From Candidatus Woesearchaeota archaeon (GTDB lineage: Archaea; Nanobdellota; Nanobdellia; UBA10117; JABICX01), in the NCBI GenBank assembly GCA_018652045.1, contig JABICX010000017.1, forward strand, positions 6,293 to 70,292: a DNA stretch of 64,000 bases. Direction: 5' to 3'. Under the pieces are notes generated by a model. The model ran no database searches and was not told the origin of the DNA. It worked only from the letters and a program-made list of their open reading frames with translations. Below are positions 49,145 through 59,400 of the stretch, in pieces. Both the position numbers and the translations under genes were made by a program. Position 1 is the stretch's first letter; each line of letters starts with the position of its first letter.

Positions 49145-51315
49145 TGAAAAAGATTAATGTTGATATTAAAGGCATGCATTGTCAGAGTTGTGTTACGTTA
49201 GTTGAACGATCTCTTAAGAAACTTGATGGTGTTCAAGACGCAGTTGTTAATCTAACCACTGAGAAAGCCACTGTCAACTTTGACGAATCAAAACTAACTG
49301 AAACACAGGTAGTTGACACGATTAGCAAGAAAGGTTATCCTGCTTCTTTGCTTACAGATGCGAAACCTAACTCAGATAAAGAAGCTAAAAAGAGGAAGGC
49401 TGAGATTAGAAAGTTAAAGCGACTTTTTAGTTTTAGTCTTGTATTTGCAATACCTGCGTTTACAATTGGTATGATCTTCATGTGGCTAAACATAATGATA
49501 CCGCACCAAGATTATATTCTATGGGTGTTAGCAACACCAGTACAGTTTATTGTTGGTGCACAGTTCTATAAAGGTACATGGACCGCTCTCAAAAACAAGA
49601 GCGCTAACATGGATACATTGATAGCGGTAGGAACAAGTGCAGCTTACTTCTACAGTGTATATGCAGTGTTGTTCATACCGGGTGCAGGTCAATACTTTGA
49701 AGCATCTGCAGTATTGATTACGTTAGTCTTAATGGGAAAGTTATTAGAAGCAGTTGCAAAAGGAAAAACTTCTGAAGCAATTAAAGAGCTAATGCATCTA
49801 TCTCCGAAGATTGCAATTGTGATTAGAAACAAAAAGGAACTTCGTATTCCTATTGATGAAGTTAAAGTTGGTGATGTCATACTTGTAAAACCTGGGGAGA
49901 AGATTCCTGTAGATGGAATTATTGTTGAAGGAAGTTCTGCAGTTGACGAGAGCATGATAACTGGAGAAAGTCTTCCGATTGAAAAGAAGAAGGGTGACAA
50001 AGTTATTGGCGCAACAATAAACAAAACTGGATCATTTAAGTTCCGTGCAGAAAAGATCGGAGCTGACACAACACTGTCGCACATCATAAAGTTAATTGAA
50101 GATGCGCAAAGTAAGAAAGCACCCATACAACGATTTGCGGATGCAGTCTCAGCATACTTTGTTCCAACAGTTATACTAATTGCAATCTCAACATTTGTAA
50201 CTTGGTACTTTATACTCAACCGTGAGTTTGCTTTTGCACTTATCGCTGCAGTAGCAGTTCTAGTTATAGCCTGTCCATGTGCGCTAGGGTTAGCTACACC
50301 AACAGCAATTATGGTCGGAACAGGTAAGGGTGCAAAAAAAGGTATCTTGATTAAAGGAGGAGACTCTTTAGAAACCGCTCATAAACTTAAGAGCATCATC
50401 TTTGACAAAACTGGAACAATAACTAAAGGTGTTCCAGAGGTTACTGAAGTTATACCGGTTACAGGTTCTAAGGCAAAGCTACTACAGATAGCAGCTTCCA
50501 TTGAACAACTGTCTGAACATTCTCTAGCTGAAGCAATTGTCAAAGAAGCTAAGAAAACGAAAGTTAAACTCAACAAAGCAACAAACTTCAAAGCCATACC
50601 TGGTCATGGAATCGCTGCGAAGATTGGGAGAGAACAATATTACTTTGGTAATGAAAAACTCATGACTAAAAACAAGATTAGTATTGCTAAAGTAAAGACA
50701 CAGTTACGTAATTTAGAGAATCAAGGAAAGACTGTAATGATTCTTGCTAACAAAGGTAAAGTTAGCGGACTGTTAGCGGTTGCAGATACGATCAAACCTA
50801 CTTCGACTAAAGCAGTCAGAGCCCTCGAGAGAATGGGTATCGACGTCTACATGATAACTGGCGACAATGAAAGAGCTGCTAATGCGATTGCAAAACAAGC
50901 TGGAATCAAACATGTCTTCGCAGGAGTCTTGCCAGAAGAAAAGGCGGGATATGTAAAGAAGCTCCAGAAGAAAGGTCCTGTAGGTATGGTCGGCGATGGT
51001 ATCAATGACGCACCTGCACTAGCTCAGGCAGACATTGGTATTGCAATGGGTTCTGGAACTGACGTTGCAATGGAGACGGGTAACATCGTGTTAATGAGAA
51101 ACGATCTTCTTGATGTAGCTCGCGCAATAAAACTCAGTAAAATGACTATGAGTAAAGTTAAACAAAACATGTTCTGGGCTTTATTCTACAACTCACTCGG
51201 TATTCCCGTTGCAGCATTAGGTATGCTTAATCCGATGATTGCTGGAGCTGCTATGGCACTAAGTTCGGTGTCAGTTGTATCAAATTCCTTATTATTAAAG
51301 GTGAAAAAAATATGA
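49144..51315 (+). CDS. copA: Cu(I)-exporting P1B-type ATPase
   Basis: [45 protein letters not shown]. Confidence 0.95.
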   Translation: MKKINVDIKGMHCQSCVTLVERSLKKLDGVQDAVVNLTTEKATVNFDESKLTETQVVDTISKKGYPASLLTDAKPNSDKEAKKRKAEIRKLKRLFSFSLVFAIPAFTIGMIFMWLNIMIPHQDYILWVLATPVQFIVGAQFYKGTWTALKNKSANMDTLIAVGTSAAYFYSVYAVLFIPGAGQYFEASAVLITLVLMGKLLEAVAKGKTSEAIKELMHLSPKIAIVIRNKKELRIPIDEVKVGDVILVKPGEKIPVDGIIVEGSSAVDESMITGESLPIEKKKGDKVIGATINKTGSFKFRAEKIGADTTLSHIIKLIEDAQSKKAPIQRFADAVSAYFVPTVILIAISTFVTWYFILNREFAFALIAAVAVLVIACPCALGLATPTAIMVGTGKGAKKGILIKGGDSLETAHKLKSIIFDKTGTITKGVPEVTEVIPVTGSKAKLLQIAASIEQLSEHSLAEAIVKEAKKTKVKLNKATNFKAIPGHGIAAKIGREQYYFGNEKLMTKNKISIAKVKTQLRNLENQGKTVMILANKGKVSGLLAVADTIKPTSTKAVRALERMGIDVYMITGDNERAANAIAKQAGIKHVFAGVLPEEKAGYVKKLQKKGPVGMVGDGINDAPALAQADIGIAMGSGTDVAMETGNIVLMRNDLLDVARAIKLSKMTMSKVKQNMFWALFYNSLGIPVAALGMLNPMIAGAAMALSSVSVVSNSLLLKVKKI

Positions 51316-51746
51316 AAGAATATGTAATTATTGGAAGCTTACTGATACTAACTATATTTGTATCAGGATGTATAACTGGAGGCGCCAGTGCAGACATAGA
51401 TGGTAAATCTGTAAAGATTCCACTATCTGAACTATCTGACCAAGCTAAGTTCTATACTCTTGACGACAACGGTGTTGAGATAAACTACTTTGTAGTATTG
51501 GGTTCAGACGGTGAACCAAGAACTGCTTTCGACGGATGTGATGTCTGTGGTGGATCTAAGGGATATAGACAAGATGGAACTGATATAGTGTGTAACAATT
51601 GCGGTAAAGTTTTTAGGATCGATGGCTTAGGAACCAAAAATAGGGGAACTGGATGTTGGCCAAGTTATTTACCACACACGATAGAAGATAATCAGTTAGT
51701 AATCCAAATCAGTGATATACAAAAGGGTCGAGCTCAGTTTGCCTAA
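51312..51746 (+). CDS. DUF2318/FtrD-like Fe-S domain lipoprotein
   Basis: VSGC leader, [19 protein letters not shown]. Confidence 0.8.
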   Translation: MKEYVIIGSLLILTIFVSGCITGGASADIDGKSVKIPLSELSDQAKFYTLDDNGVEINYFVVLGSDGEPRTAFDGCDVCGGSKGYRQDGTDIVCNNCGKVFRIDGLGTKNRGTGCWPSYLPHTIEDNQLVIQISDIQKGRAQFA

Positions 51747-51765
51747 ACGACCTTTTATTTTTTAT

Positions 51766-53643
51766 TTAATAATAATCTACAAATCTACGTCTAGTTACTT
51801 CTCCAGTGATTATTTCTGCTCCGCCAGAGTTATCTTCTCCAGATTCGCCAGAAGAATCATCAGATCCACTATTCTCTGATTCGGTGCTTTCAGGATCATT
51901 GCTATTACTACCAGATCCGTCTGACTCTGTTCCACCACCATCGTTTCCGCCAGAGTTGCCTCCTGCAAAGTTATCATCATCAGACCCGCCGCCAAGACAG
52001 ACACACATCTCATCTACACAGTCAGTGTTCTGGCCAGGACATTCTTGCTGACATCCATCTTTACACTCACTCCAAGTAGAAGAGTCATCTGGATCATACT
52101 CACCGTCATTAGAACCACCTGAGTCTCCACCAGATTCACCATTAAAGTAACATTCACAACCATCAGGTCCACAACCAGTTCCAGTAGAGTCTGAAGGACA
52201 CTGAGCTGCACAATTATCACATTTTGGAGCTTGTTCAGACTCCCATCCCCATACAGTCTCATCACAAGCATCTTTTGTATAAGCGTGCTTCTTTAAGCAG
52301 ATCTCAGGTAAGTCTGTCGGTAGGTTCTCTTCGATCTCTTGCCATATTCCATCAGCTGCATCATCATAACACTTTAGTCGCGCCATAGCGTCTGTAAGCT
52401 CAGTACATCTAGTATCAACACCTTTTCCACCAGCGCCATCTTCAACCTTAGTGGTTCCACCTTCGCCTAAGAACTCTTGACAACTATAATAATCATGTAT
52501 CTCGTGGCTCTGACAGACTGGATCTCTATAATCTACATTCCACAAAAAGTCCTTACATTCATCAGCACCAAGGCCCTTATCTGCACATATCGGATGTTCA
52601 GAATCCATGTGCGAATTCGCAAGTAACTCTGCGCAGAAGTCCCACATATCATTCTCATTCTCAAAATACATTGTAGCAAAAGCTTCTTGACAAGCTGGAT
52701 CTGCGTGCTTTGTAGCCATCTTTTTTCCACATTCTGAAGCATCTTCACCCTCACACTCTTTTGGCATATGCTTCTCAAACTTAGCTTCTGAAAACTCGCC
52801 TTCAACATCATCAAAAACTGACTGCAAGTAGCTAGGTAAATCAGGCATCTTAAAAGTCTCTAACTTTGTACATGCAGACTCGTCTCCAGCTTCACAAGAG
52901 ACGGCCATACCTGAAGCTTCAGTACATGCTTTAGCAAAGTCAGGTGATTGAATATCGTCACATTTACAATTCTTTCCCTGTGATGCAAAACAGGATGTGA
53001 TTATACCATGAAAGTTCTTAGCCTCTTCTGCTTGCTCAGAGGTTAACTCGTCATCTAAGGCTCGTTGCCAGGCAGGTGAATCTTCACCAGTCTTACATGT
53101 TTCTGCATATACCTCAAAATCTAACTCTGCAAGACTTGTACATAGGTTTCTGATCTGATCAGCTAACTGTGCAGAGGTTGCGATATTCTTCTGCGATTGC
53201 TTTTGTTCGGTTACCTGTTCACGAACACCTGACCATTTCTCTCCTTCAAGATCGCCTTCTAATGAATTTAAAAGTTCAGTTACTGCCTTACTACTTGCTG
53301 TTGCTCTAGGAGCAAGATCGGGCGTAATTTGCTTTTCTAAGAAATCGTTATACTCTTCTGCTTGCTCTAGCGCATCTTTCGCTGCTTGTTCATGACCGCT
53401 ATTGATCATCGCTTCTGCTTCAGCGATCTTTTCCTCTTTGTAAGCTAGAACAGCTTCAGGATCTTCAGAGGTTTCAAAGAGAGAATCTAAAAAGTATAAT
53501 GGGTTATCTGGAGTTAGACCTGCATCAGTCTCAAGCTTAACATCCCCTACATCTGAATAAACGTCTTCTTCAGCAAAAGTGATTGCTGCGCTTACACTAA
53601 ACATAAGTGTAAAAACAAGCAAGAGCGAGAATAACTTTTTCAT
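51766..53643 (-). CDS. Large secreted acidic Cys-rich protein with DUF5667-like N-terminal domain
   Basis: Signal peptide, AGLTPDNPLYFLD, many Cys helical modules, G/S/D low-complexity tail. Confidence 0.75.
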   Translation of the reverse strand: MKKLFSLLLVFTLMFSVSAAITFAEEDVYSDVGDVKLETDAGLTPDNPLYFLDSLFETSEDPEAVLAYKEEKIAEAEAMINSGHEQAAKDALEQAEEYNDFLEKQITPDLAPRATASSKAVTELLNSLEGDLEGEKWSGVREQVTEQKQSQKNIATSAQLADQIRNLCTSLAELDFEVYAETCKTGEDSPAWQRALDDELTSEQAEEAKNFHGIITSCFASQGKNCKCDDIQSPDFAKACTEASGMAVSCEAGDESACTKLETFKMPDLPSYLQSVFDDVEGEFSEAKFEKHMPKECEGEDASECGKKMATKHADPACQEAFATMYFENENDMWDFCAELLANSHMDSEHPICADKGLGADECKDFLWNVDYRDPVCQSHEIHDYYSCQEFLGEGGTTKVEDGAGGKGVDTRCTELTDAMARLKCYDDAADGIWQEIEENLPTDLPEICLKKHAYTKDACDETVWGWESEQAPKCDNCAAQCPSDSTGTGCGPDGCECYFNGESGGDSGGSNDGEYDPDDSSTWSECKDGCQQECPGQNTDCVDEMCVCLGGGSDDDNFAGGNSGGNDGGGTESDGSGSNSNDPESTESENSGSDDSSGESGEDNSGGAEIITGEVTRRRFVDYY

Positions 53644-53753
53644 AACATCTCCTGTCAAGCATACAATATAAATTCTTTGGAAAGCTCTCGCTTATATAAC
53701 AATTAAAAAATAAATTAAAAAATAAATTAAAACTAACGATTAATTATGAATAA

Positions 53754-53927
53754 TTAATATCGTTGAGGTCTTCGCTTTTTAAAGCATTCTTGACAGAAAA
53801 CATCTTTACCTTCAGTTGGCTTGAATGGTACTTCACATTCTTTCTTACATTCAGTACAAGTTGCTTTATGCATCTCTCGGGGGCCACGATCGAAATCTCG
53901 TCTTGGTCCGCCTCTAAATTCTCCCAT
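53754..53927 (-). CDS. CxxC-x17-CxxC zinc-ribbon protein
   Basis: REMHKATCTECKKECEVPFKPTEGKDVFCQECF; GGAGG SD site. Confidence 0.9.
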   Translation of the reverse strand: MGEFRGGPRRDFDRGPREMHKATCTECKKECEVPFKPTEGKDVFCQECFKKRRPQRY

Positions 53928-54021
53928 TTTTTTCCTCCTTATCTTAAACACTATAAGAACTCAACTACATTTCAGCATTCCTATATGCTCTGATAATTAG
54001 CCATTTTTAGTGTTTAAAAGG

Positions 54022-54408
54022 TTATGCTTTACGTAAACCAAAAGCACAGATGCCATTTTTCTTCAAGTCTTTCGCATAACGTGGAAATGAACAAATTATA
54101 TCTTCTGCTTCCTTTAACGAGCGGACACCGGGAAAAACGTTTGCTAAGCCCTCTACTTTCAGCATGCTTTCAACCGTCGGATAATGATGGTTGAATTTTA
54201 CAATAAAACGCGCAAGAGGGTAATCTAATCGATTAAGCGTATTACTATCTAGCACCTGTATAACAATCTTATCTCCTGCTTTAATCTTTGTATAGTCTTT
54301 AGCAGGATTACTCAGATCTGGAACTCTACTCTCAACGGTTTTGTTCTTATGCAATGCATTATACCATTTAATATCTTTCAAGAAGATACTCAATGTCCAT
54401 TCAGCCAT
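54022..54408 (-). CDS. ASCH/PUA-domain protein
   Basis: KTVESR, IKAGDKI, YPTVESML..EGL..VFPG. Confidence 0.8.
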   Translation of the reverse strand: MAEWTLSIFLKDIKWYNALHKNKTVESRVPDLSNPAKDYTKIKAGDKIVIQVLDSNTLNRLDYPLARFIVKFNHHYPTVESMLKVEGLANVFPGVRSLKEAEDIICSFPRYAKDLKKNGICAFGLRKA

Positions 54409-54448
54409 ATTTTATATCCTAAAACAAGATTATAAAGACTTTGAAACA

Positions 54449-54874
54449 CTAACGACGAACCGCTCTCTGCGATATAAGATCTTGTCTCTTCTCAAGAATC
54501 GCTGCTTCAGTTACATCACTAGAAGCAATATCTTCGGTTTCTTCAGTTTTATCAACTACTGAAATATGTTGATTTGGGAAAAAAGTATTTGCTATATCTA
54601 AGTTACTTGAAATATCTGCTCTAAAAGCAGCGTCATTTCGATGATAACCTATAAAAACAGCATTTACTCCGGGAGGAATCGGTACAGTATGTTGATGAAA
54701 ACCGCAGGGATTCACATCTAAAATACCTACTTGCAAGACATTTCCTTGTACATCTTTAACAACCTTAGCATCTCTTTTACCTGCAGATGCGACTACTTTT
54801 TCGTCAGTAACATTAACAGATGGGTGTCCCCATACTTTTATACCGTATTCTCTAAATAATTCCTCTCGACGCAT
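54449..54874 (-). CDS. Hypothetical protein
   Basis: 141 aa ORF with upstream TTTAAA. Confidence 0.5.
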   Translation of the reverse strand: MRREELFREYGIKVWGHPSVNVTDEKVVASAGKRDAKVVKDVQGNVLQVGILDVNPCGFHQHTVPIPPGVNAVFIGYHRNDAAFRADISSNLDIANTFFPNQHISVVDKTEETEDIASSDVTEAAILEKRQDLISQRAVRR

Positions 54875-54938
54875 ACAGTACTACTTAAAAAAAGTTTAAA
54901 AGACTTACGACGGCGCAAGATACAATCAATAAAGTCGT

Positions 54939-55715
54939 TTAGTTAAATAAACCGTTAAAGAACTCTGCAATTGCCGCTACGAAAGCAGGTGACTCACTTG
55001 CAGAATCTTGATCAAAAACAACATTGTCTTCACTTGGCTCGTGGCCAGGTTCATAACTATCAGGTCCGCTTCCAGGATCATCTCCAAACTCTGCAGAGGC
55101 ATCTGCGCACTGAATATCAACAATACAGTCCCAACCCTCTCCAGAAGGTCCTTCTATTGGCTCACCATAACAATGCGCACATTGTGCATAACAAACATCC
55201 TCTTTCGCAGTGATCTGTTCGTCATTTAAGCAAGGACCATCATATAGATGTACACACTGCTGAGCACACATCTGACAGACATCATTTCCAGTTTCACCTT
55301 CCTTACTACTTCCACAGATTGCTTCAGGGTCGTGTGTAGAAACACACTCCGTAATACACTTCTGCTCTTCATCCATATCTTCTAAGGCAGGTGCTTTAAC
55401 CATATCACATTCAGCATCACAGTCTGTTTGACGTGAAAGCATGCATGCTTCATACTTTGCCATATTAGCCTGCATCTCCGCAGGAGTCATATCAGTAGAT
55501 CCGCTCTCTTTGTTAAACATCGCACAGTCTCTATCTACACAATCCTGAACACATTGCTCGTCAGCAGTCATTGAAGGTGGACCGCTAGGATCAAAACTCA
55601 TTCCACCAGCTTCAAAGCCGAAAAATCCAACAATATCTGCAGAAGGCAGAGCTCCCACAATAGATGCTACCAACAAAACAATAACAATCCCAAGCAAAGC
55701 ACTACGTATCTTCAT
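54939..55715 (-). CDS. Secreted/membrane-anchored acidic Cys-rich protein
   Basis: N-terminal hydrophobic segment, CxxxC repeats, amphipathic C-terminus IAEFFNGLFN. Confidence 0.75.
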   Translation of the reverse strand: MKIRSALLGIVIVLLVASIVGALPSADIVGFFGFEAGGMSFDPSGPPSMTADEQCVQDCVDRDCAMFNKESGSTDMTPAEMQANMAKYEACMLSRQTDCDAECDMVKAPALEDMDEEQKCITECVSTHDPEAICGSSKEGETGNDVCQMCAQQCVHLYDGPCLNDEQITAKEDVCYAQCAHCYGEPIEGPSGEGWDCIVDIQCADASAEFGDDPGSGPDSYEPGHEPSEDNVVFDQDSASESPAFVAAIAEFFNGLFN

Positions 55716-55770
55716 AACTATTGTTATGTCTACTTGTATTTAAAAGTTGAGAAAAATAAAAAATAATCGT

Positions 55771-55953
55771 TCAGTGATGATGTCTAATCATTGCTACTGA
55801 AAAGATTATCAAAATCAAAGGTAACCATGGAATATCTAAGCTTATCCACCCTGCCTCTGCAAAAGTCCATAAGATAGCGAGTATCAGAACGATAACAGCA
55901 GGTGTCTGAGCATGTCCACAGTGACATTGACGCGCGTTTGTTTTCTTTGCCAT
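55771..55953 (-). CDS. Small two-TM protein with CHCGH and HHH motifs
   Basis: 60 aa, metal-ligand-like termini. Confidence 0.6.
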   Translation of the reverse strand: MAKKTNARQCHCGHAQTPAVIVLILAILWTFAEAGWISLDIPWLPLILIIFSVAMIRHHH

Positions 55954-56005
55954 ATATATGCTATAGGCTACTAGTTAATAAAAGTTATTCAGAATAAGCG
56001 TTTAC

Positions 56006-56788
56006 TTACTTAACTAGATCATCTAGCTTTCTTATCGTTCTCTTGAACTCCTTAAGACCGAATGCTTGCTTTTTTTCACTTAAAGCATCAGTTACATTTG
56101 TAATTTTATCAGGGGTTATTACATGAACATCAATACCGAGAGATCCTCTATCCTTACTTGTAGCAAATCTTACTGCATTATATATTGCAAATAGTTCTCC
56201 AGCGAGTACATTGCTACAGTAACTAGGTATAAACTCTGTGTCGCTCGTTAAAACTTCATATGCTTGCTGTGCATGCGGTCCGCCAGATCCAGCAACTACT
56301 GTATCCATCGGAGCAACAACTCCATTTTCACCAACTGCGTATAACCTAACATTTTCACAATCTCTATGTGCGACAGTTAAATTAAATAGTCCACCTGTAT
56401 TATAATGAATACCTTGGGACATTGCGCTCAAGTTCAGCGACTGTACTGTGGGTGAATGTCCTTTCTTCAGATCTTTAGCAAAATCAAATTTCTTAAGACC
56501 ACCATCCTCACCTTGTATCTGCTTTGCAAACTGTAAAAAGTAAGATGATATACTACCTGCAACGCCAATAAGCATTGTTTCTTCAGGATCGGAAAAAGTC
56601 TTTCTATCGAACGATTTTTGATGATCATAAACAATTCCACCTGGAACCTCTACAGGTATATCTCTGCTAAGCTGGAAATCTGCTCCAAAAATAGCTGCTT
56701 GAGTTGGATTTTCAATCTTTGGGCTATCTGCTTTTCTAACTAATGGTAAATATGCATTTGCAATCTTACGTGCAATATGAGTTGTCAT
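56006..56788 (-). CDS. Divergent proteasome-beta-like Ntn hydrolase
   Basis: N-terminal MTT, FGAD.Q.S, GVAGS, VAGSGG, A..KD..S.GIDVHVIT; TATA-like TTTTAAAA about 25 bp upstream of this ATG. Confidence 0.6.
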   Translation of the reverse strand: MTTHIARKIANAYLPLVRKADSPKIENPTQAAIFGADFQLSRDIPVEVPGGIVYDHQKSFDRKTFSDPEETMLIGVAGSISSYFLQFAKQIQGEDGGLKKFDFAKDLKKGHSPTVQSLNLSAMSQGIHYNTGGLFNLTVAHRDCENVRLYAVGENGVVAPMDTVVAGSGGPHAQQAYEVLTSDTEFIPSYCSNVLAGELFAIYNAVRFATSKDRGSLGIDVHVITPDKITNVTDALSEKKQAFGLKEFKRTIRKLDDLVK

Positions 56789-56831
56789 TTCACTAATAGG
56801 TAGTATATTTGTTTTAAAAGCCTTTCGATAT

Positions 56832-57785
56832 CTACTCAACTTCGTAGCTATCTGTGAGCGCTAAGTCTCCAACCTTGTCTCTCAAGAAAAGAGTATCACC
56901 CTCATTGTTCCAGACCGCCTGCGTTCTGCCCCAATAGACTTCAGTATCTGTCTTATCACCCGTTCCAGAATAGAGTGTAAACTCTGCAGGTGCTACAAAC
57001 TCAAAAAATGTATAACTGTTCGAAGCGCTCTCATCCTTAACCGTCCATCCCGCCATGTCCAGATTATCACAGGTGTTTGCAAAAGTAATAAACTCTTCAT
57101 TCAGATTCTCATTGTCATTACCCTCTGCGTCATAGTTAAACTCCGATATGGTTAGACAATTCTTGAACTCTGAAGCTTTCCACAAGCAAGTGTTCGTGAT
57201 CTGTGCTGCTTTTTCTGCAGCTTCGAAAGCAGGTGCATACTTACCATCTCCAGAATAATCATATGCAATAGCATAACCATCAGATACAAGTTTAAGGTTA
57301 ACGAATGTGTTGTTCATCCAGATATATCGCAACTTCCTGCCGTACATATCAACATCCTCTTCGTCAAGTTGAAGCTTAACTTCTTGATTTAGAACCATCT
57401 CACTCAATGCAGACGTAGCTTCAGAAGAACATTTTTCGCCAGTTTCCGGTGCATTGATACCTAACAATCTAACCTTGCTTCCATCATCCAATGTAACTGT
57501 ATCGCCATCAGTCACCTGTGTGACCGTCCCCGTCTCAGTATCATCTGTAAACTTGAAAGTTATTCCATCTTTAGATACGTCAGTGTGACCTCTCGCAAAG
57601 TCAAACACGCCAGATATTCCAAAGCTAAAGCCAAAAATAAAGTAAACGAGAATCAATAAAACAACAATAATTATGCCTGCCTTGATTATAGATCCAATGA
57701 GATGCATAAGAAGCCATGCGATAATAACAACCACTGCAAGACCTAAAACAAGCGTAACTAATGCCATAGTATAGCTAGCAAGCAT
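56832..57785 (-). CDS. Membrane-anchored thermonuclease (SNase) with C-terminal lamin-tail (LTD) domain
   Basis: DGDTV, VRLLGINAPE, DMYGRKLRY, N..LV..GYA; EFITFAN, GWTVKD, VWNNEGDT. Confidence 0.9.
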   Translation of the reverse strand: MLASYTMALVTLVLGLAVVVIIAWLLMHLIGSIIKAGIIIVVLLILVYFIFGFSFGISGVFDFARGHTDVSKDGITFKFTDDTETGTVTQVTDGDTVTLDDGSKVRLLGINAPETGEKCSSEATSALSEMVLNQEVKLQLDEEDVDMYGRKLRYIWMNNTFVNLKLVSDGYAIAYDYSGDGKYAPAFEAAEKAAQITNTCLWKASEFKNCLTISEFNYDAEGNDNENLNEEFITFANTCDNLDMAGWTVKDESASNSYTFFEFVAPAEFTLYSGTGDKTDTEVYWGRTQAVWNNEGDTLFLRDKVGDLALTDSYEVE

Positions 57786-57786
57786 T

Positions 57787-58554
57787 CTATATAATAGTTA
57801 TTAGAATCAAAGAAACTGCGATACAGTAGACACCAAACATCCAAAGCCGTTTACTTAGTATGATCTTTAAGAAAAGTTTCAACGACAGGTATCCAACAAT
57901 CATTGCTGCAAGAGTCCCTGCAAGCAAAGGTAACGTTAGACTTACAACCATATCTGAACTAACATATTCAAACACAGCTGCGCCAATAATCGCAGGTACT
58001 GCTAACATAAAAGAAAACTTCGCTGCATCTTCACGGTTTGCGCCGGCTATCAACGCAGAACCAACGGTAGCTCCGCTTCGAGAGATTCCAGGTATAATCG
58101 CGATACCTTGTACTAAACCCATCAATGCAGAATGCTTGATCTTCAACTCACCTTCTTTCTCAAACCGTTCTATAACAAGTAAGAAAACTCCCGTTACAAA
58201 CAGCGCAGCTGCAACATATCTTACCTGATTAAATAGTCCTACAAAAAAATCGTGCCCAAAGAACCCGATGAATCCAGTGATTACAGATCCAATGATTAAA
58301 AACAAAAGCCATCTACCATACTTACTTTTGAAGTCAAGCTTGATGAACGCCTTAAACATAGCTATGAACTCCTTACGCATAAATGCTACAACAACTATCG
58401 CAGTTCCAACATGCAACATGATGTCGAAGAAAATTGGAACGTTAATCTCAAACAGCTGTTGAAAGATAACCAAATGACCTGAACTAGAAACAGGTAGCCA
58501 TTCAGTTAAACCTTGTAAGATTCCTAGAAAGATAGCCTGTATAACACTAACCAT
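57787..58554 (-). CDS. uppP: Undecaprenyl-diphosphate phosphatase (BacA family)
   Basis: QGLTEWLPVSSSGHL, PGISRSGAT. Confidence 0.95.
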   Translation of the reverse strand: MVSVIQAIFLGILQGLTEWLPVSSSGHLVIFQQLFEINVPIFFDIMLHVGTAIVVVAFMRKEFIAMFKAFIKLDFKSKYGRWLLFLIIGSVITGFIGFFGHDFFVGLFNQVRYVAAALFVTGVFLLVIERFEKEGELKIKHSALMGLVQGIAIIPGISRSGATVGSALIAGANREDAAKFSFMLAVPAIIGAAVFEYVSSDMVVSLTLPLLAGTLAAMIVGYLSLKLFLKIILSKRLWMFGVYCIAVSLILITII

Positions 58555-58596
58555 ATTAAGCGAACTTTTTAATAGATATAATGTTTTCGATATTAC

Positions 58597-59400
58597 ATGG
58601 TTCTTAAGAAACTTGAGACTGAACTTAAGATTCGCGGTATGAGCAAGCAGACAATCTTAACCTACGTTCTTCATTGCCGAAAGTTCTTAGAATTCATCCA
58701 GAAGCCTGCGGAAGATGTCGAAGAAGATGATGTCAAAGCGTACCTTGCTGAAAAAATGTCGCATGATGCAGCACCACGATCAGTTGCATTAACAAAAGCT
58801 GCTATAACTTTCATGACTAATGAGATTGTCGGCAAATCTATTAAGATCAAAACTCCGAAGATTCCTCGCTCAGTTCCGGAAGTTCTAAGCAGAGAGGAGA
58901 TTAAACTACTTTTAGACCATGCAAAAAGCGGCAAGCACAAGCTTATTATTGAACTACTTTACTCATCAGGTTTACGACTCAGCGAGCTAATCAATCTTAA
59001 GCTTGAGAACCTCGAGATGGATAAAAAACATGGGTGGGTTCGCGGAGGAAAAGGTGGAAAAGATCGAATGATAATTCTTTCTGACAAAGTTATTGAACAC
59101 ATCAGACAGTTCTGTGGGGACCGTAGAACTGGTTATCTTATCTCTGGACGTGGTGAACAACTATCTAGCAGAGCGGTACAAAAGGCTCTTGATGAAATTG
59201 CAAAACGTGCGGAAATCACAAAGAAAGTCCATCCACATATGATGCGTCACTCATTCGCAACACACTTACTAGAAGCTGGAACTGACATAAGAAAGATACA
59301 GGTCTTACTAGGACACGCAGACCTTAGTACGACACAGATCTACACAAAAGTTTCAAACGAAGAACTTAAGAAGATTCGCAGTCCCATGGATGCACTATGA
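58597..59400 (+). CDS. xerA: Tyrosine recombinase XerA (XerC/D-like)
   Basis: Complete catalytic set: GLRLSE (R), GKGGK (K), HMMRH, LGH, TQIYT (Y). Confidence 0.9.
   Translation: MVLKKLETELKIRGMSKQTILTYVLHCRKFLEFIQKPAEDVEEDDVKAYLAEKMSHDAAPRSVALTKAAITFMTNEIVGKSIKIKTPKIPRSVPEVLSREEIKLLLDHAKSGKHKLIIELLYSSGLRLSELINLKLENLEMDKKHGWVRGGKGGKDRMIILSDKVIEHIRQFCGDRRTGYLISGRGEQLSSRAVQKALDEIAKRAEITKKVHPHMMRHSFATHLLEAGTDIRKIQVLLGHADLSTTQIYTKVSNEELKKIRSPMDAL

Noticed and set aside
53701-53732. Tandem AATTAAAAAATA repeat
   Set aside because: Short low-complexity T-tract on the minus strand, consistent with an ordinary archaeal terminator
54410-54440. dif-like half site TTATAAAGACT
   Set aside because: Explained by the TATA box of the ASCH gene; spacing and left arm do not fit
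58597-59400. Provirus or integrated-plasmid integrase
   Set aside because: Typical chromosomal XerA size and motifs; no adjacent tRNA att duplication, capsid, terminase or Rep genes seen
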